Shown one piece after another: positions 37,226 through 47,922 of a stretch of DNA of 64,000 bases. The position numbers and the translations under genes were made by a program. The notes beneath the pieces were generated by a model, which did not search any database, was not told the origin of the DNA, and was given only the letters and a program-made list of their open reading frames with translations. The DNA lies in the sequence record OZ035785.1; one strand, 5' to 3'. How positions within the stretch are numbered: position 1 is the stretch's first letter; each line of letters starts with the position of its first letter. This DNA comes from Tequatrovirus BCH953P2.

Positions 37226-39922
37226 TCAGCCAAACAGGAAGTCTAACGAAGCTTTTTCTTCATAGTCCATGCCAGCCGATTCACACATACCCGCAAGCGG
37301 TTTAACAAACGATTTTTGGAACAAAGTTGAGTGGTCAATCCAAGATAGTACATCAGAACGAATTTCTTTTGGAAGTTCTGTACCCGACGGCCAAGCAATG
37401 CACTTGTCACCAAATGGATTTCCTTCACGTAATGGAAGAACCATTACTTTATTTCCATCCAAAATTGGAGCTACACCCAGACCACTAACAGCTCGACGAT
37501 AAGTTAGCACACCGCGAATATGGAACGGGCATTTAAATCCTGGCCAACCTTTATCATCATATTTCGCTATATCGTTCGCAGTTTTTACTTCAGCAATAAC
37601 TTTATAGTCGAGTTGACGATATTCTTTCTCGAAGTTCTTGTAATATTCTTGGACAGACTCTTCACCTTCCTGAAGAATACGACGAATACTTTCTTCGAGA
37701 GCTTCTTGTACTGCTTTTGGTGTTGAACTCTGCTGAGTTTCCATACCCATGATTTTTAGATGTGGTTCAGCAAATCGCTTATCTTCCATATCATAAACGT
37801 TCAGAGCATAACGCTTTTTCGCTTTCCAAAATCCACCAACACCCTTTGAACCAAGTGGAGGGCAAGAAATAGCTTCACGGTCCATATGCATCAGATGCTC
37901 GCGGTTATTCATATAATCACATAACTCACGATATGCAACATCAATCATAGGTTCCATCTTTTTCTTACCGAACTGATTCATGAATTCAACTAAATCGTTC
38001 TGCTCTTTGAATCGGTCAAGACCAACTTTTTCAATAACTTTATCTACACAAACATATACCGAATCAGTATCACCCGCGGCAATGAAATCTTCACCATCAG
38101 TTCCACATACTTTATTTAGATATTCATTAATTTTACGAGCAATCCACTGAATACCAACTTGGCCGAAAATTGTGATAGCAGTAGCATTTCGCAAATCATA
38201 GTAACGGAAATGAATATTACCAAGAGCACCATAAAGACTGTTAATAAGAATTTTACGGTTCAGCTGATTTGTGTTAGCAAGTGTAGCTGCTTTTTCACAT
38301 TCCTCAATCAGACTATTGAGAACGGATTCGGTGTAATTCGATAGTTCATTTAAGAAATCATCACTGAACTTAACATATCGTTCAACTTCTGGTTTAGTTG
38401 AACAAGACCCTGCGCCTTTCATAATAATCTTTTTAATAGCTTCGGCATTCATTTCTTCAGCGAACATTTTCTTTTTCCAGTCTTTACGCTGGAAAAATAC
38501 TTTAGCGATTTCCTTTGGAATGATACCTTCTTGATGCTTATCATACATCCATCCATTCGGAGAACAAGAATATTCATCACTCGGTTTAGGAGCTGTTCCT
38601 GCAATATATTCATGAATTGGATGAACTTTAAACTGCCCACGAATAGTCTCAGGACTAATGTTAACCTGACGAATAATGCTCGGATACAGAGACGTCAAGT
38701 CAAAACTCATAATATATCGACGAGCAATTGGTTTAGGTTCAAACACAAATGCACCCGGAAAACTCTGTTTAACGTGCGAACCCTGTTGAGGAATAACCTT
38801 ATGTTCACCTTTCAATGAGTTAAAAATAATAGCATCCCAAGTTTTAATAGGACTCATTACACCAGAAAAAGGCATTTTAGCATAATAAGACATACTTAAA
38901 ACTAGATCGATAAACCCGCGAATTTTATCAATTGCTTGAACTGATTCTACGTCAATGATGTTATAACTAATGTATCGTTGATGATTAGTCTCACGAAGTT
39001 TATTAATAGGACCGTCGTATGGTAATTTACCTTTTTTGGTTTCATGTTGAGCAACTGATTCCAAAGAGAATGACGGCAAATTAGTAAATGCGAATTTCTT
39101 ATACAAATCTAAATAATCAAGAATAGATACGCCATCAATAGAATAAATTTCTTTGCTACCGTACACATTTTGAATTAGTTTAGATTTTACTCGACCGATT
39201 GGAGAGAAACGTTTCATACTGCGTTCACCGAGAACCATTTTAACGCGATTCATGATATACGGAACGTCAAATCCCTCAATATTCCAACCAGTAAAAATAG
39301 CAGGTCGTTTCTGTTCCCAAAGATTGATATATTCCATGAGCATATCACGCTCATTATCGAATGGCATATAAATTACTCGGTCAAGAATTTCTTGAGGAAC
39401 TTCATCACCACCTTCACAGTCAAGCTTAGCAGCTAACTTTGCATCCCATTTTGATACTGAACCGTACATTGAATTCAAAAGGTCGAAAACATAAAAACGG
39501 TCATCAATTGAATCGTAATGAGTGATAGCATCAATTTCATATTCAGCTTTCATTGGGTCAGGAAATTTATCACCAGTAACCTCAATGTCACAGTTAGCTA
39601 CACGAACAAATTTTCGGTCATAAACAATTTCTGAACCATATGTATCACTAATGTAAGCGAGTTTAAAATCGTTCATACCGAGAGCTTCGAGACCGATGTC
39701 TTCCATTCGCTTCATCCAGTCTCGTGCATCTTTCATTGATGGAAATTTTTGAGGAGCGCAATTTTTACCATAAATGTCTTTGTACTTTGACTCTTCCTTA
39801 CAATGCCTAAACATAGTCGGAAGATATTCTACTTCACGAGTACGTTCCTTTCCGTTTTCATCAATATAACGTTCAACAATGTTATTTCCGACTGTTTCGA
39901 TAGAGATATAAAATTCTTTCAT
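37226..39922 (-). CDS. 43: gp43 DNA polymerase (family B)
   Basis: 898 aa (T4 gp43 is 898 aa); exonuclease and polymerase motifs including DTDS. Confidence 0.95.
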   Translation of the reverse strand: MKEFYISIETVGNNIVERYIDENGKERTREVEYLPTMFRHCKEESKYKDIYGKNCAPQKFPSMKDARDWMKRMEDIGLEALGMNDFKLAYISDTYGSEIVYDRKFVRVANCDIEVTGDKFPDPMKAEYEIDAITHYDSIDDRFYVFDLLNSMYGSVSKWDAKLAAKLDCEGGDEVPQEILDRVIYMPFDNERDMLMEYINLWEQKRPAIFTGWNIEGFDVPYIMNRVKMVLGERSMKRFSPIGRVKSKLIQNVYGSKEIYSIDGVSILDYLDLYKKFAFTNLPSFSLESVAQHETKKGKLPYDGPINKLRETNHQRYISYNIIDVESVQAIDKIRGFIDLVLSMSYYAKMPFSGVMSPIKTWDAIIFNSLKGEHKVIPQQGSHVKQSFPGAFVFEPKPIARRYIMSFDLTSLYPSIIRQVNISPETIRGQFKVHPIHEYIAGTAPKPSDEYSCSPNGWMYDKHQEGIIPKEIAKVFFQRKDWKKKMFAEEMNAEAIKKIIMKGAGSCSTKPEVERYVKFSDDFLNELSNYTESVLNSLIEECEKAATLANTNQLNRKILINSLYGALGNIHFRYYDLRNATAITIFGQVGIQWIARKINEYLNKVCGTDGEDFIAAGDTDSVYVCVDKVIEKVGLDRFKEQNDLVEFMNQFGKKKMEPMIDVAYRELCDYMNNREHLMHMDREAISCPPLGSKGVGGFWKAKKRYALNVYDMEDKRFAEPHLKIMGMETQQSSTPKAVQEALEESIRRILQEGEESVQEYYKNFEKEYRQLDYKVIAEVKTANDIAKYDDKGWPGFKCPFHIRGVLTYRRAVSGLGVAPILDGNKVMVLPLREGNPFGDKCIAWPSGTELPKEIRSDVLSWIDHSTLFQKSFVKPLAGMCESAGMDYEEKASLDFLFG

Positions 39923-39960
39923 AGATATTCCTTAGTTTATAGCCCGAGTTATTAGGCTCT
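39923..39960 (-). promoter_or_regulatory. Gene 43 translational operator (hairpin plus SD; autogenous repression site)
   Basis: Minus strand AGCCUAAUAACUCGGGCU-AUAAACUAAGGAAUAUCU-AUG matches my recollection of the T4 gp43 operator. Confidence 0.7.
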
Positions 39961-39982
39961 TGATATATTATACTCCAATTAA

Positions 39983-39998
39983 GGGGCCGAAGCCCCTT
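39983..39998 (-). other. Intercistronic GC stem-loop (GGGGC-UUCG-GCCCC) between regA and 43
   Basis: Perfect 5-bp GC stem with UUCG tetraloop on the minus strand. Confidence 0.55.
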
Positions 39999-40000
39999 GC

Positions 40001-40369
40001 TTAATTACCAATCGTATATTTAGGAACGAGTTTCCATTCATGTTTTTGTTTAAAAGAAATAACTCGGAAGTTATTAGTTAAATCTTTCATAAAAGTTCTT
40101 TGACCAGGAACGATTTCAATAAGTCCCCAATCTTCTAACAGCCATGCAATCGAATCACGACGAACTTCATCTTCTTCTGTCATTTCAACTTGACGACCAT
40201 CCATACGAAGCATTTCTTTAAAATGAACAATATAGTATAGTCCTTTTTTCTGAAGAATATGACAGGACTGATACAGAACTTTATCTTTATTATTAGCAAT
40301 TCCCATACGAGTCAAAGTTTCTTTTACTTTCAGAAAATCTTCAGGTTTTTTAAGAGTAATTTCAATCAT
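40001..40369 (-). CDS. regA: RegA translational repressor
   Basis: 122 aa (T4 RegA is 122 aa); position downstream of 62. Confidence 0.85.
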   Translation of the reverse strand: MIEITLKKPEDFLKVKETLTRMGIANNKDKVLYQSCHILQKKGLYYIVHFKEMLRMDGRQVEMTEEDEVRRDSIAWLLEDWGLIEIVPGQRTFMKDLTNNFRVISFKQKHEWKLVPKYTIGN

Positions 40370-40370
40370 T

Positions 40371-40934
40371 TTACCATTCCAATGCTAGTTTTTTGAGTTG
40401 TTTCTGTTCTTTTACGTTCTTAGTCACTTCTTTCAAAAAATCATCCGTGACTAATCCTTTTAGTTCTTTTAATACTAAAGGTAGTTTTCCATTTTTAGTA
40501 AGAATTGATTTATAGTTAATTGCATCATTTGTATTAACTTGATACCGCTTAGCAAGTAACTTAATAATCAATACTTCGGTGGAATCTTCAACCAGTTTTG
40601 CCCATTTACCATATCTTTTACCACGAGGAACTGCAGCCATTAGATAATTAAAATGAGCTTCATCACTTAAACCTGATCCAATTAAATTCATAGCATATAC
40701 AGCTGGCATGCACTCCGGAAATTGTGATAATGCATTTTCAACCATGAATTTTGAATAATCTTTTTGAGCAATAGAGCATTTAGTTTTATTATTGATAGCT
40801 CCAATTATTTCAAAAAATTCATTTTCAGCTTTTTCTTTAAAAGAATCAGCAGCGGATTGGACAGCTGTCCAATCTTTTGAATACCAAGCAACTTGATGCT
40901 CGTTTAATTGAATATCATCTTCAAATAAGCTCAT
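40371..40934 (-). CDS. 62: gp62 clamp-loader small subunit
   Basis: 187 aa from MSLFEDD... (T4 gp62 is 187 aa). Confidence 0.8.
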   Translation of the reverse strand: MSLFEDDIQLNEHQVAWYSKDWTAVQSAADSFKEKAENEFFEIIGAINNKTKCSIAQKDYSKFMVENALSQFPECMPAVYAMNLIGSGLSDEAHFNYLMAAVPRGKRYGKWAKLVEDSTEVLIIKLLAKRYQVNTNDAINYKSILTKNGKLPLVLKELKGLVTDDFLKEVTKNVKEQKQLKKLALEW

Positions 40935-40935
40935 A

Positions 40936-41895
40936 TCACTTCCACTGCATTTCACATGCTAATTGAATGAAAAGATAAGCTAGATGCAATTCAGTATTAG
41001 CTGCAATACCATGATACTGATTATTTTCGCCGACAATTTCGTACATACGAATAATACTCTGTGGAGTTACACGTGAATAGATTTCTTCGGCAAGTTTACC
41101 AACGAACCACGAATAATCAGCTGCATATTTTGGTGCTAAAGCTCTGAGTTGTTTAACATCTTTATTTTTGAGAGACTCAAGAACATCATCAATAGCACCA
41201 CGATCGTTAGTAACCAGTGATAAAATACCAGCATCCAAAACACCTTTAGATGAATAACTATCGAGCTCGCCAATAGTTTTACGAAAATCAGGAAAATTCT
41301 TTTTAACCAAAGCTGCTACAACTTTCATATCAGCTATAGCAATTCCTTCATGCTTGCAGATTTCAGTCAATCGACGAATCATCTGCTTCATCATTTCAAT
41401 TTTATCTTCATCGGTCGGTTGACCGAATGTAATAACTCGGCAGCGTGACTGAAGCGGTTTAATAATACCATCAATATTGTTAGCAGTAATAATAATACTA
41501 CAGTTTGAACTATAAGCTTCCATAAAGGAACGAAGATGTCGCTGAGACTCTGCTAGCCCTGAACGGTCAAATTCATCAATAACGATTACTTTTTGACGAC
41601 CATCAAATGAAGCTGCACTGGCAAAATTAGTCAAAGGACCACGAACGAAATCAATTTTACAATCTGATCCATTCACAAACATCATATCAGCATTTACATC
41701 ATGACACAATGCTTTCGCTACAGTCGTTTTACCTGTTCCTGGAGAAGGAGAATGAAGAATAATATGTGGAATCTTACCTTTACTTGTAATAGATTTAAAG
41801 GTTTCTTTATCAAAGGCGGGAAGAATACATTCATCGATAGTAGATGGACGATATTTCTGTTCAAGAATGTGTTCTTTTTCATTTACAGTAATCAT
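40936..41895 (-). CDS. 44: gp44 clamp-loader ATPase (AAA+)
   Basis: 319 aa from MITVNEK...; Walker A SPGTGKTT. Confidence 0.9.
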
Positions 41896-41917
41896 AATTT
41901 CCTCATTCAAGTTTTAG

Positions 41918-41935
41918 TGTAAATTATAAAGGGCC
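41918..41935 (-). other. Intercistronic GC stem-loop
   Basis: AAAGGGCCGAAGCCCTTT between 45 and 44. Confidence 0.5.
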
Positions 41936-41946
41936 GAAGCCCTTTA

Positions 41947-42633
41947 TTAAAAATCGTGGGTAGAATCAGCTTCAAGAGCTACCACATAATTCGCGTGTTC
42001 ACCTTCAAATTTAGCAGCACCTTGTTTACCTTTTGCCCAGAGCAGAAGTTTATAATTTCCTGGTTGCATTTTCATATTTGCCATATTGATAATGAAATTA
42101 AATGTATTTTCACCATCATAATCACCAAGAGTCAAAGAATATTTAACACGGGTCAGAGCAGAATCTTCTACTTTATTAAAACCGTTAATTACGATTTTAC
42201 CTTCTTTTACTGTGATAGCAATTGTATCAATCTGCAGACCACGAGATACACGCAACAGCTGTTGAAGGTCTTCAGCTTTAATTTCGGTAACAACAGATGC
42301 TACCGGGAATGGAATTGGTTTATTAGGAGCAACTACTGTACTCGGATCGGCTGCTGGCCAAAAAATTGTTGAGCGAGCATCTGCAATTTTGATATTTCCA
42401 TCTTCTGATTGCGAAATTTCTGCATCATCATTAACTAGAGACAGAATACCGAGAAAACCGTTCAAATCGTAAATTGCTACATCAAAATCAATAACGTCAG
42501 AAATATTTGCTTCCGCATAAGTTGTACCATTAACTGCGCGAGTCATAATAAATTGACCGGATTTAAGCATAATACCAGAGTTAATAGTAGCGAAATTTTT
42601 AAGCAGAGCAGTAGTATCTTTAGACAGTTTCAT
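41947..42633 (-). CDS. 45: gp45 sliding clamp
   Basis: 228 aa (T4 gp45 is 228 aa). Confidence 0.9.
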   Translation of the reverse strand: MKLSKDTTALLKNFATINSGIMLKSGQFIMTRAVNGTTYAEANISDVIDFDVAIYDLNGFLGILSLVNDDAEISQSEDGNIKIADARSTIFWPAADPSTVVAPNKPIPFPVASVVTEIKAEDLQQLLRVSRGLQIDTIAITVKEGKIVINGFNKVEDSALTRVKYSLTLGDYDGENTFNFIINMANMKMQPGNYKLLLWAKGKQGAAKFEGEHANYVVALEADSTHDF

Positions 42634-42662
42634 GTAATTTCCTTCAATTCAAATGAGATTTA

Positions 42663-42688
42663 ATTTTATAACTAATTAAATAAAGCAA
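42663..42688 (-). promoter_or_regulatory. MotA-dependent middle promoter for gene 45
   Basis: Minus strand TTGCTTTA (MotA box), 12-bp spacer, TAAAAT. Confidence 0.5.
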
Positions 42689-43078
42689 TTAACGATTAAA
42701 ATCAGCTGCGATTGTTTCGGCAACAATTTGAGCAGCAACAATCAGACGTTCATCTGCATTGCCGCAATATTCATCTTCAAGGCGTTCACCACATGAAGTC
42801 ATAATAAATTTAGCACCGGCGTTTAGGGATTCTGTAGTATGTTTGCGCATTAGTTCAATCCATTTATTACTTACTTCACGATCGATAGCTTCATAATACG
42901 CATGACGAGCAGGTGCAGATTTAATTTTGTTCTGAATAACTTCCATTGCGTTATCAGAAAGAGACAAAACCCATGCTCGACGAATTTTATTTTGGTTTTG
43001 TGGATTTGATTCAGAACGCACGTGTTTTGGCTGAATATCTTTTACATCAACAGTATAATTCACAGTAATTTTAGTCAT
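42689..43078 (-). CDS. rpbA: RpbA RNA polymerase-binding protein
   Basis: 129 aa (T4 RpbA is 129 aa), position between 46-side genes and 45. Confidence 0.7.
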   Translation of the reverse strand: MTKITVNYTVDVKDIQPKHVRSESNPQNQNKIRRAWVLSLSDNAMEVIQNKIKSAPARHAYYEAIDREVSNKWIELMRKHTTESLNAGAKFIMTSCGERLEDEYCGNADERLIVAAQIVAETIAADFNR

Positions 43079-43087
43079 AATACACCT

Positions 43088-43276
43088 TTAGTCATAATAA
43101 TCAGTAACAGTCCAAGCTTCATTTCTATTGGACATTATTTTTGTATATTCTGCTTTAAATGCATTCCTAAGCATAGATTCAGTAACTATATGCTCTTCAT
43201 TAGAAAAATTATTTCTCAGAATATATCGTTTTATTTCAGGAATAGTTAATAGATGTTGTCCAGTTGAATATTCCAT
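43088..43276 (-). CDS. Hypothetical protein (62 aa); position of T4 45.2
   Basis: Minus-strand ORF. Confidence 0.55.
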   Translation of the reverse strand: MEYSTGQHLLTIPEIKRYILRNNFSNEEHIVTESMLRNAFKAEYTKIMSNRNEAWTVTDYYD

Positions 43277-43331
43277 GTTTTTCCTCCACAGAGATTATAC
43301 TCTAATAAATTAAAGCATAATCTCTTATAAA

Positions 43332-45014
43332 TTAAACCATTACAGTAAATCGACCAACTTTCTTCATTTGAAGATGCTGACCATATGCTTGCGGGTCATG
43401 GTCTCTATGTGAAATAACAAAAACATTAGTATTTTTTAAACTATCTAAAATAGTTGAAATAGCTTTTACACCTTCAACGTCGGTCGCTGAATCAAAAACT
43501 TCATCAAGAATTAGTGTGTTTATTTTAACACCTGAAACTTTTTCAGCAATATCACGCCAAGTAAATAAAAGAGCAATATCAATTCGTGCTTTTTCACCTT
43601 GACTGAATGAAGCATAACTAAAATCTTCGCGACCACGGGATTTAATTGTCTCATTAAATTCTTCATCTAATGTAAACACATAATCCGCTTCCATTATTTT
43701 AAGATAATGGTTAATCTGCTTATTAAATAATGGAATGTACTTTTTAATAATAGCACCTTTAATACCAGAATCTTTGAGCATATCAGTCAAAATTCCTCGG
43801 TGGTATTTTTCCATTACTAAATTAGTTTTTGTCTTAACAATTTTATCAAGTTCTTCTTGAAGCAGTGCTATTTCATCAGCATGGTCAATAAACTCAGAAG
43901 ATGCTTTTTCTATAGCTGCTTTAACTTTTTTGGCTTTATCTACCGTCGTGATTAGAGATTGCTTTTTATTGCGAATATCATTTGCCAACGACTGTTGGGT
44001 TTTAATATTATCTCGGTATTCATCAACAAGAACTTTTAAATTATCACGATGTGTTGAAAGCTGTTCAAACGAATGCGTACATTCAGAAACTTTATCTTTA
44101 ATTTTAGAAACAACTTTATCACCGGAACTCAATTGTGACAAACAGGTTGGACATAATCCACCTTCGTGATACATATTAATGACTTTATTATACGAGTCAA
44201 TTTTTGATTTAATTAAAAATGCTTCTTGACCGATTTTATTAAATGCATCAGTCGGGTCTTCATCTAAAACAATATTAACTAATCTTTCATTAGCTTCTTC
44301 TATTTCCGATTTTAGCGTTCTAGCTTCTTTTGCCAAATCATCATACATATTTTGTAGACGAGTAAGGTTGTCACCCGTTAATTTTTTCTGGCGTTCAACG
44401 TTATCATTATATATTTTAATTTGTTGGATAATACTATCTTTTTTAACATCAAGCACTTGGTTTTGTGAATTTAATTCACGTATTAGTGCTTTATTAAGCT
44501 TATCCATTTCAGCTAGTGTTCCTACCTCAAGCAGGTCTTCCACAAGCTTTCTTCGTGCAGGGGTCGACAAACCCATGAAAGGGGTATACCCTGCTGTACC
44601 AAGGACAACAATCTGCTTGAAACTGGCATATGACATTCCGATAAGCTGTTCAAATTCTGCTTGGAAATCTTTACTGCTGGCAGATTCATTAAGACGTGTA
44701 CCGTTAACGGTGATTTCGAAAACGTTCGGTTTTTGTCCTCTTTTGATATAGTACTTTTTCTCATCATATTCCATCCACAGTTCAACTAAAAGTTCTTTCT
44801 TATTTGTGCTGTTTATTAATTGACCTTTCTTTACATCACGAAATGGCTTACCAAAAAGCCCAAATGTGATGGCTTCTAGCATAGTAGACTTACCACCGCC
44901 ATTTCGTCCAGTAATAAGAGTTTTTTGAACCTTATCTAATTGAATGTCAACTCCATTTTGACCAACTGACATTATATTTTTATATTTTACTCTATTAAGT
45001 TTAAAATTCTTCAC
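43332..45014 (-). CDS. 46: gp46 recombination nuclease ATPase subunit (Rad50/SbcC-like)
   Basis: 560 aa (T4 gp46 is 560 aa); Walker A GRNGGGKST, coiled-coil middle, zinc hook CPTC. Confidence 0.9.
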   Translation of the reverse strand: MKNFKLNRVKYKNIMSVGQNGVDIQLDKVQKTLITGRNGGGKSTMLEAITFGLFGKPFRDVKKGQLINSTNKKELLVELWMEYDEKKYYIKRGQKPNVFEITVNGTRLNESASSKDFQAEFEQLIGMSYASFKQIVVLGTAGYTPFMGLSTPARRKLVEDLLEVGTLAEMDKLNKALIRELNSQNQVLDVKKDSIIQQIKIYNDNVERQKKLTGDNLTRLQNMYDDLAKEARTLKSEIEEANERLVNIVLDEDPTDAFNKIGQEAFLIKSKIDSYNKVINMYHEGGLCPTCLSQLSSGDKVVSKIKDKVSECTHSFEQLSTHRDNLKVLVDEYRDNIKTQQSLANDIRNKKQSLITTVDKAKKVKAAIEKASSEFIDHADEIALLQEELDKIVKTKTNLVMEKYHRGILTDMLKDSGIKGAIIKKYIPLFNKQINHYLKIMEADYVFTLDEEFNETIKSRGREDFSYASFSQGEKARIDIALLFTWRDIAEKVSGVKINTLILDEVFDSATDVEGVKAISTILDSLKNTNVFVISHRDHDPQAYGQHLQMKKVGRFTVMV

Positions 45015-45274
45015 AAAAGATTCCTTTTAATGTATCTTTTAGACCATTCTATCATATCATCATAATCTAAAAAGTATTCATCAAATTCAGCCATGCAAAC
45101 AACGCCTTGTGCTGCTTTTGATGTGATATAAATTATTCCAACATATCTAGAATCTTCTTCGGTATAATCAATGTTTGCTATGAATTCATCATTAATGTCA
45201 AATGTCGAAAACTTCACAATACGCATCCTTAATACAAGATACAGCCATATCTCGCAATGATTTAGGTGTGTCAT
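45011..45274 (-). CDS. Hypothetical protein (87 aa); position of T4 46.1
   Basis: 4-nt overlap with gene 46 start. Confidence 0.5.
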   Translation of the reverse strand: MTHLNHCEIWLYLVLRMRIVKFSTFDINDEFIANIDYTEEDSRYVGIIYITSKAAQGVVCMAEFDEYFLDYDDMIEWSKRYIKRNLL

Positions 45275-45461
45275 TATCTAAAATGTTGAAGTTAAAAGAT
45301 ACAGCCCAATCTGTACAGACCGTAACCTTTTTAATACAATTATCTTCAACCTCTAGCGGTTCAAACCAATATTCAATAATTTCTTTATGACCAATATCAT
45401 CTTTTACTTCGCATTCAAAATGCTGACTCATCATAACATTTTTAAATTCATCAAAAGTCAT
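45198..45461 (-). CDS. Hypothetical protein (87 aa); position of T4 46.2
   Basis: 4-nt overlap with gene 47 start. Confidence 0.55.
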   Translation of the reverse strand: MTFDEFKNVMMSQHFECEVKDDIGHKEIIEYWFEPLEVEDNCIKKVTVCTDWAVSFNFNILDNDTPKSLRDMAVSCIKDAYCEVFDI

Positions 45462-46477
45462 TGTGTTGCCTCTACATATAACTGATTTGCATATTGAATA
45501 AGTGCTTCACGGTCAGAATCAGTGATGTCTGGAATTGCATTAATGTATTCTTCCATCAACGTCTGAAGAGATTGAACTTCAACTTCTTCACTGTCATCTG
45601 ACTCGACAGAGTTATCAATCTTTGACACAACTCGTAATGAATGCACAACTTTCTCTAGTTCAGATTCGAACTTCGTCAGATTTTTGTCTACTTCAGTTAC
45701 TATAACACGTACTGATAGATTTGTAAAATCTTTATAGTCAATTTTTCCTTTAAATGGATAATGAATTCTACGATGCCAGGTAGTATTGTTTGGAATAAAT
45801 TCCATTCGTTCTGTTTCTGTATCAAACATCCAGAACCCACGAGGGTCATTCTCGTCACCTGCAGTTAGTGTCCATGGTGTCCCAATATATCTGACATTAG
45901 CAGCCTCAGAAATAGTATGGAAGTGACCAGACCACACTTCTTTATAAGTCTTAAGGAAATCAGGTTCAAGACCATGAGATTTCATTCCTTTATAAAAATA
46001 AAATCCATTCAGTTCCCAGTGACCAACACAAAAAGAAGCAGATGAAGTTTTGATGTGTTCAAGAATTTCACCAGTATTTTCTTCACACATCCAAGGAATT
46101 AAATCAATTAAACATCCGTCAAAATCTACCGTAGTAGGCTTATCATATACTTTAACATTAGGATATTTAGCCAAAAGCTCAGTAGAGGCATTTGGATGCA
46201 TTACATTTTTGTAGTGGAGATCGTGATTTCCTACAATAGTATGTAATGTGATTCCAGCATCATCAAGCATTTGAACTATTTCACGGGCAAACTCCATAGT
46301 TTTATGTGTGATCGCTTTTCGTACATCAAAAATATCACCATATTGAATCCATACAGTAATTCCATTTTTCTTAGAATATTCTATCGCTTGTTTAATTCCA
46401 TCAATTTGAATACCGCGAATCCACTCATCATCGGCTTTAACGCCTAAATGCCAATCACCTAAATTTAAAATTTTCAT
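45458..46477 (-). CDS. 47: gp47 recombination nuclease subunit (Mre11/SbcD-like)
   Basis: 339 aa (T4 gp47 is 339 aa); calcineurin-like phosphoesterase motifs (GDWHLG). Confidence 0.9.
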   Translation of the reverse strand: MKILNLGDWHLGVKADDEWIRGIQIDGIKQAIEYSKKNGITVWIQYGDIFDVRKAITHKTMEFAREIVQMLDDAGITLHTIVGNHDLHYKNVMHPNASTELLAKYPNVKVYDKPTTVDFDGCLIDLIPWMCEENTGEILEHIKTSSASFCVGHWELNGFYFYKGMKSHGLEPDFLKTYKEVWSGHFHTISEAANVRYIGTPWTLTAGDENDPRGFWMFDTETERMEFIPNNTTWHRRIHYPFKGKIDYKDFTNLSVRVIVTEVDKNLTKFESELEKVVHSLRVVSKIDNSVESDDSEEVEVQSLQTLMEEYINAIPDITDSDREALIQYANQLYVEATQ

Positions 46478-46614
46478 ATATCAAGAACCGTCATTGAAAT
46501 GCAAAATAAAATTATTGAAATAAATCCATCTGGAGTGCTAAAGAACCCAATCCAACATGCTCTAGTGAATAGATAAAATGCAAGAAAAAGTATCACATAT
46601 CCAAGAAATATCAT
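46474..46614 (-). CDS. Small membrane protein (46 aa); position of T4 47.1
   Basis: MIFLGYVILFLAFYLFTRACWIGFF...; ATGA overlap with gene 47. Confidence 0.5.
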   Translation of the reverse strand: MIFLGYVILFLAFYLFTRACWIGFFSTPDGFISIILFCISMTVLDI

Positions 46615-46637
46615 TATATCAAACTCCGTATAAAGCT

Positions 46638-46655
46638 AAAGGGCCGAAGCCCTTT
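46638..46655 (-). other. Intercistronic GC stem-loop
   Basis: AAAGGGCCGAAGCCCTTT overlapping alpha-gt stop. Confidence 0.5.
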
Positions 46656-47856
46656 ATTTTGTAATAATGTCAAACTGTTCTTTAAAGCAGAAGCTTGAAT
46701 CTTGATGCTGATACAAAAATTCATATGCTTTTTCTCGCTCACGGTCATAAAGAGCTCGGTCAGATGACAGTTCTTTAATACGCTCGAATGTTGATTCCAT
46801 GTCATTTTCATCAAACCAAACGATACCGCTATCATGCGAGGTCAAAGGAGTATTATCAACACGGAATTTTAAATTTTCGCCAGTAGATTTCCAAAATACC
46901 GGAATTGTTCCACATGCACCAAGCTCGAGGTGAGTATATTCTAAAGAGCGCTGTAGATATTTTTTATCCAACTTACTCAACTGATAACCAAATCCAGATT
47001 TACTCATACGTTCAAGCATTTCGCTATTTACATAACGATCGAGAATTTGCGTTGGTAAATTAGGAGCAATTTTAATTTGGTCTACTTGATGAAGACGATA
47101 ATACTCGTATGGAATTCCTTTTTCTTTAATAGGAATGAACGCTGGAGAACGTTCCAGACCTTCCATAATAGTACTTAGTCCTGCAGGTTTAAGATGTTTT
47201 TCGTGAAAATCAAACATCTGATAAAAACCTTTCCATGTAGTCGTACGACCAATCCAACGGTTGATATTCATGTTAATTTCAGAAACATCTTTCCAGTAGG
47301 TTGATCGAACCTTCGCAATATCCATAGGAGGCTGAAAGTTGTATACGGTCGGTGCTTCTTCAATATCATCAAACAGAGAAACTGTTTCTGGATACCATTC
47401 TTTCATCAGAACTTTATTAAAATCGCCATTATCAGAATGGCTAAAAATAACATCAGCTCGACGAACAGTTTCTTCTAATCCCAAATTTCGACGCAAAGAA
47501 AGAGAAGAATGGTCATGTTGATAAACTACAACACGAACCGAAGGTTTAATGTTATCAATAATTTTTTTATAGTTATTAATAGTGTCTTCTTCAACTGAAG
47601 TAGCAGGAACTGAATTGATAATTAGAATATCACAATCATTTACCAGCTTAAGTGTTTTATCGTATTCTTTTGCCAATAAAACCGGAATTGAAAATGATTT
47701 ATAATCATGCGCGCAATTACGGGTAAATGATTTATCTTTAGCATAAACCAAAGTTACTTCATGACCATTTTTAATAAACCAATCACGCTGCTCAAGAGAA
47801 AATTTAGTTACACCACAACCTTCAAGACCTCGAGCCATAAAAATACATACTTTCAT
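46654..47856 (-). CDS. agt: Alpha-glucosyltransferase (HMC-DNA alpha-glucosylation)
   Basis: 400 aa (T4 alpha-gt is 400 aa); MKVCIFMARGLEGCGVTKFSLEQRDWFIKNGHEVTLVYAKDKSF... matches recollection of T4 alpha-gt. Confidence 0.9.
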   Translation of the reverse strand: MKVCIFMARGLEGCGVTKFSLEQRDWFIKNGHEVTLVYAKDKSFTRNCAHDYKSFSIPVLLAKEYDKTLKLVNDCDILIINSVPATSVEEDTINNYKKIIDNIKPSVRVVVYQHDHSSLSLRRNLGLEETVRRADVIFSHSDNGDFNKVLMKEWYPETVSLFDDIEEAPTVYNFQPPMDIAKVRSTYWKDVSEINMNINRWIGRTTTWKGFYQMFDFHEKHLKPAGLSTIMEGLERSPAFIPIKEKGIPYEYYRLHQVDQIKIAPNLPTQILDRYVNSEMLERMSKSGFGYQLSKLDKKYLQRSLEYTHLELGACGTIPVFWKSTGENLKFRVDNTPLTSHDSGIVWFDENDMESTFERIKELSSDRALYDREREKAYEFLYQHQDSSFCFKEQFDIITK

Positions 47857-47879
47857 TTAATATCCTCATTGTTTTGGTT

Positions 47880-47905
47880 TATTTTACCAAAAATTTATAA
47901 AGCAA
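47880..47905 (-). promoter_or_regulatory. MotA-dependent middle promoter for alpha-gt
   Basis: Minus strand TTGCTTTA (MotA box), 12-bp spacer, TAAAAT. Confidence 0.55.
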
Positions 47906-47922
47906 TATAGGAGCTGAAGCTC

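Noticed and set aside
37243-38818. Small ORFs on both strands inside gene 43 (including minus-strand 37243..37428 and 38449..38640)
   Set aside because: All lie within the 898-aa DNA polymerase frame, which is clearly the real gene.
41956-42372. Plus-strand 138-aa ORF inside gene 45
   Set aside because: Antisense to sliding-clamp gene; no RBS.
43930-44785. ORFs in alternative frames within gene 46
   Set aside because: Overlap the 560-aa gp46 frame, which carries clear Walker motifs.
46614-46835. Minus-strand 73-aa ORF overlapping the 3' end of alpha-gt in another frame
   Set aside because: Alpha-gt frame is strongly supported; the small 47.1-like ORF at 46474..46614 better explains the intergenic space.
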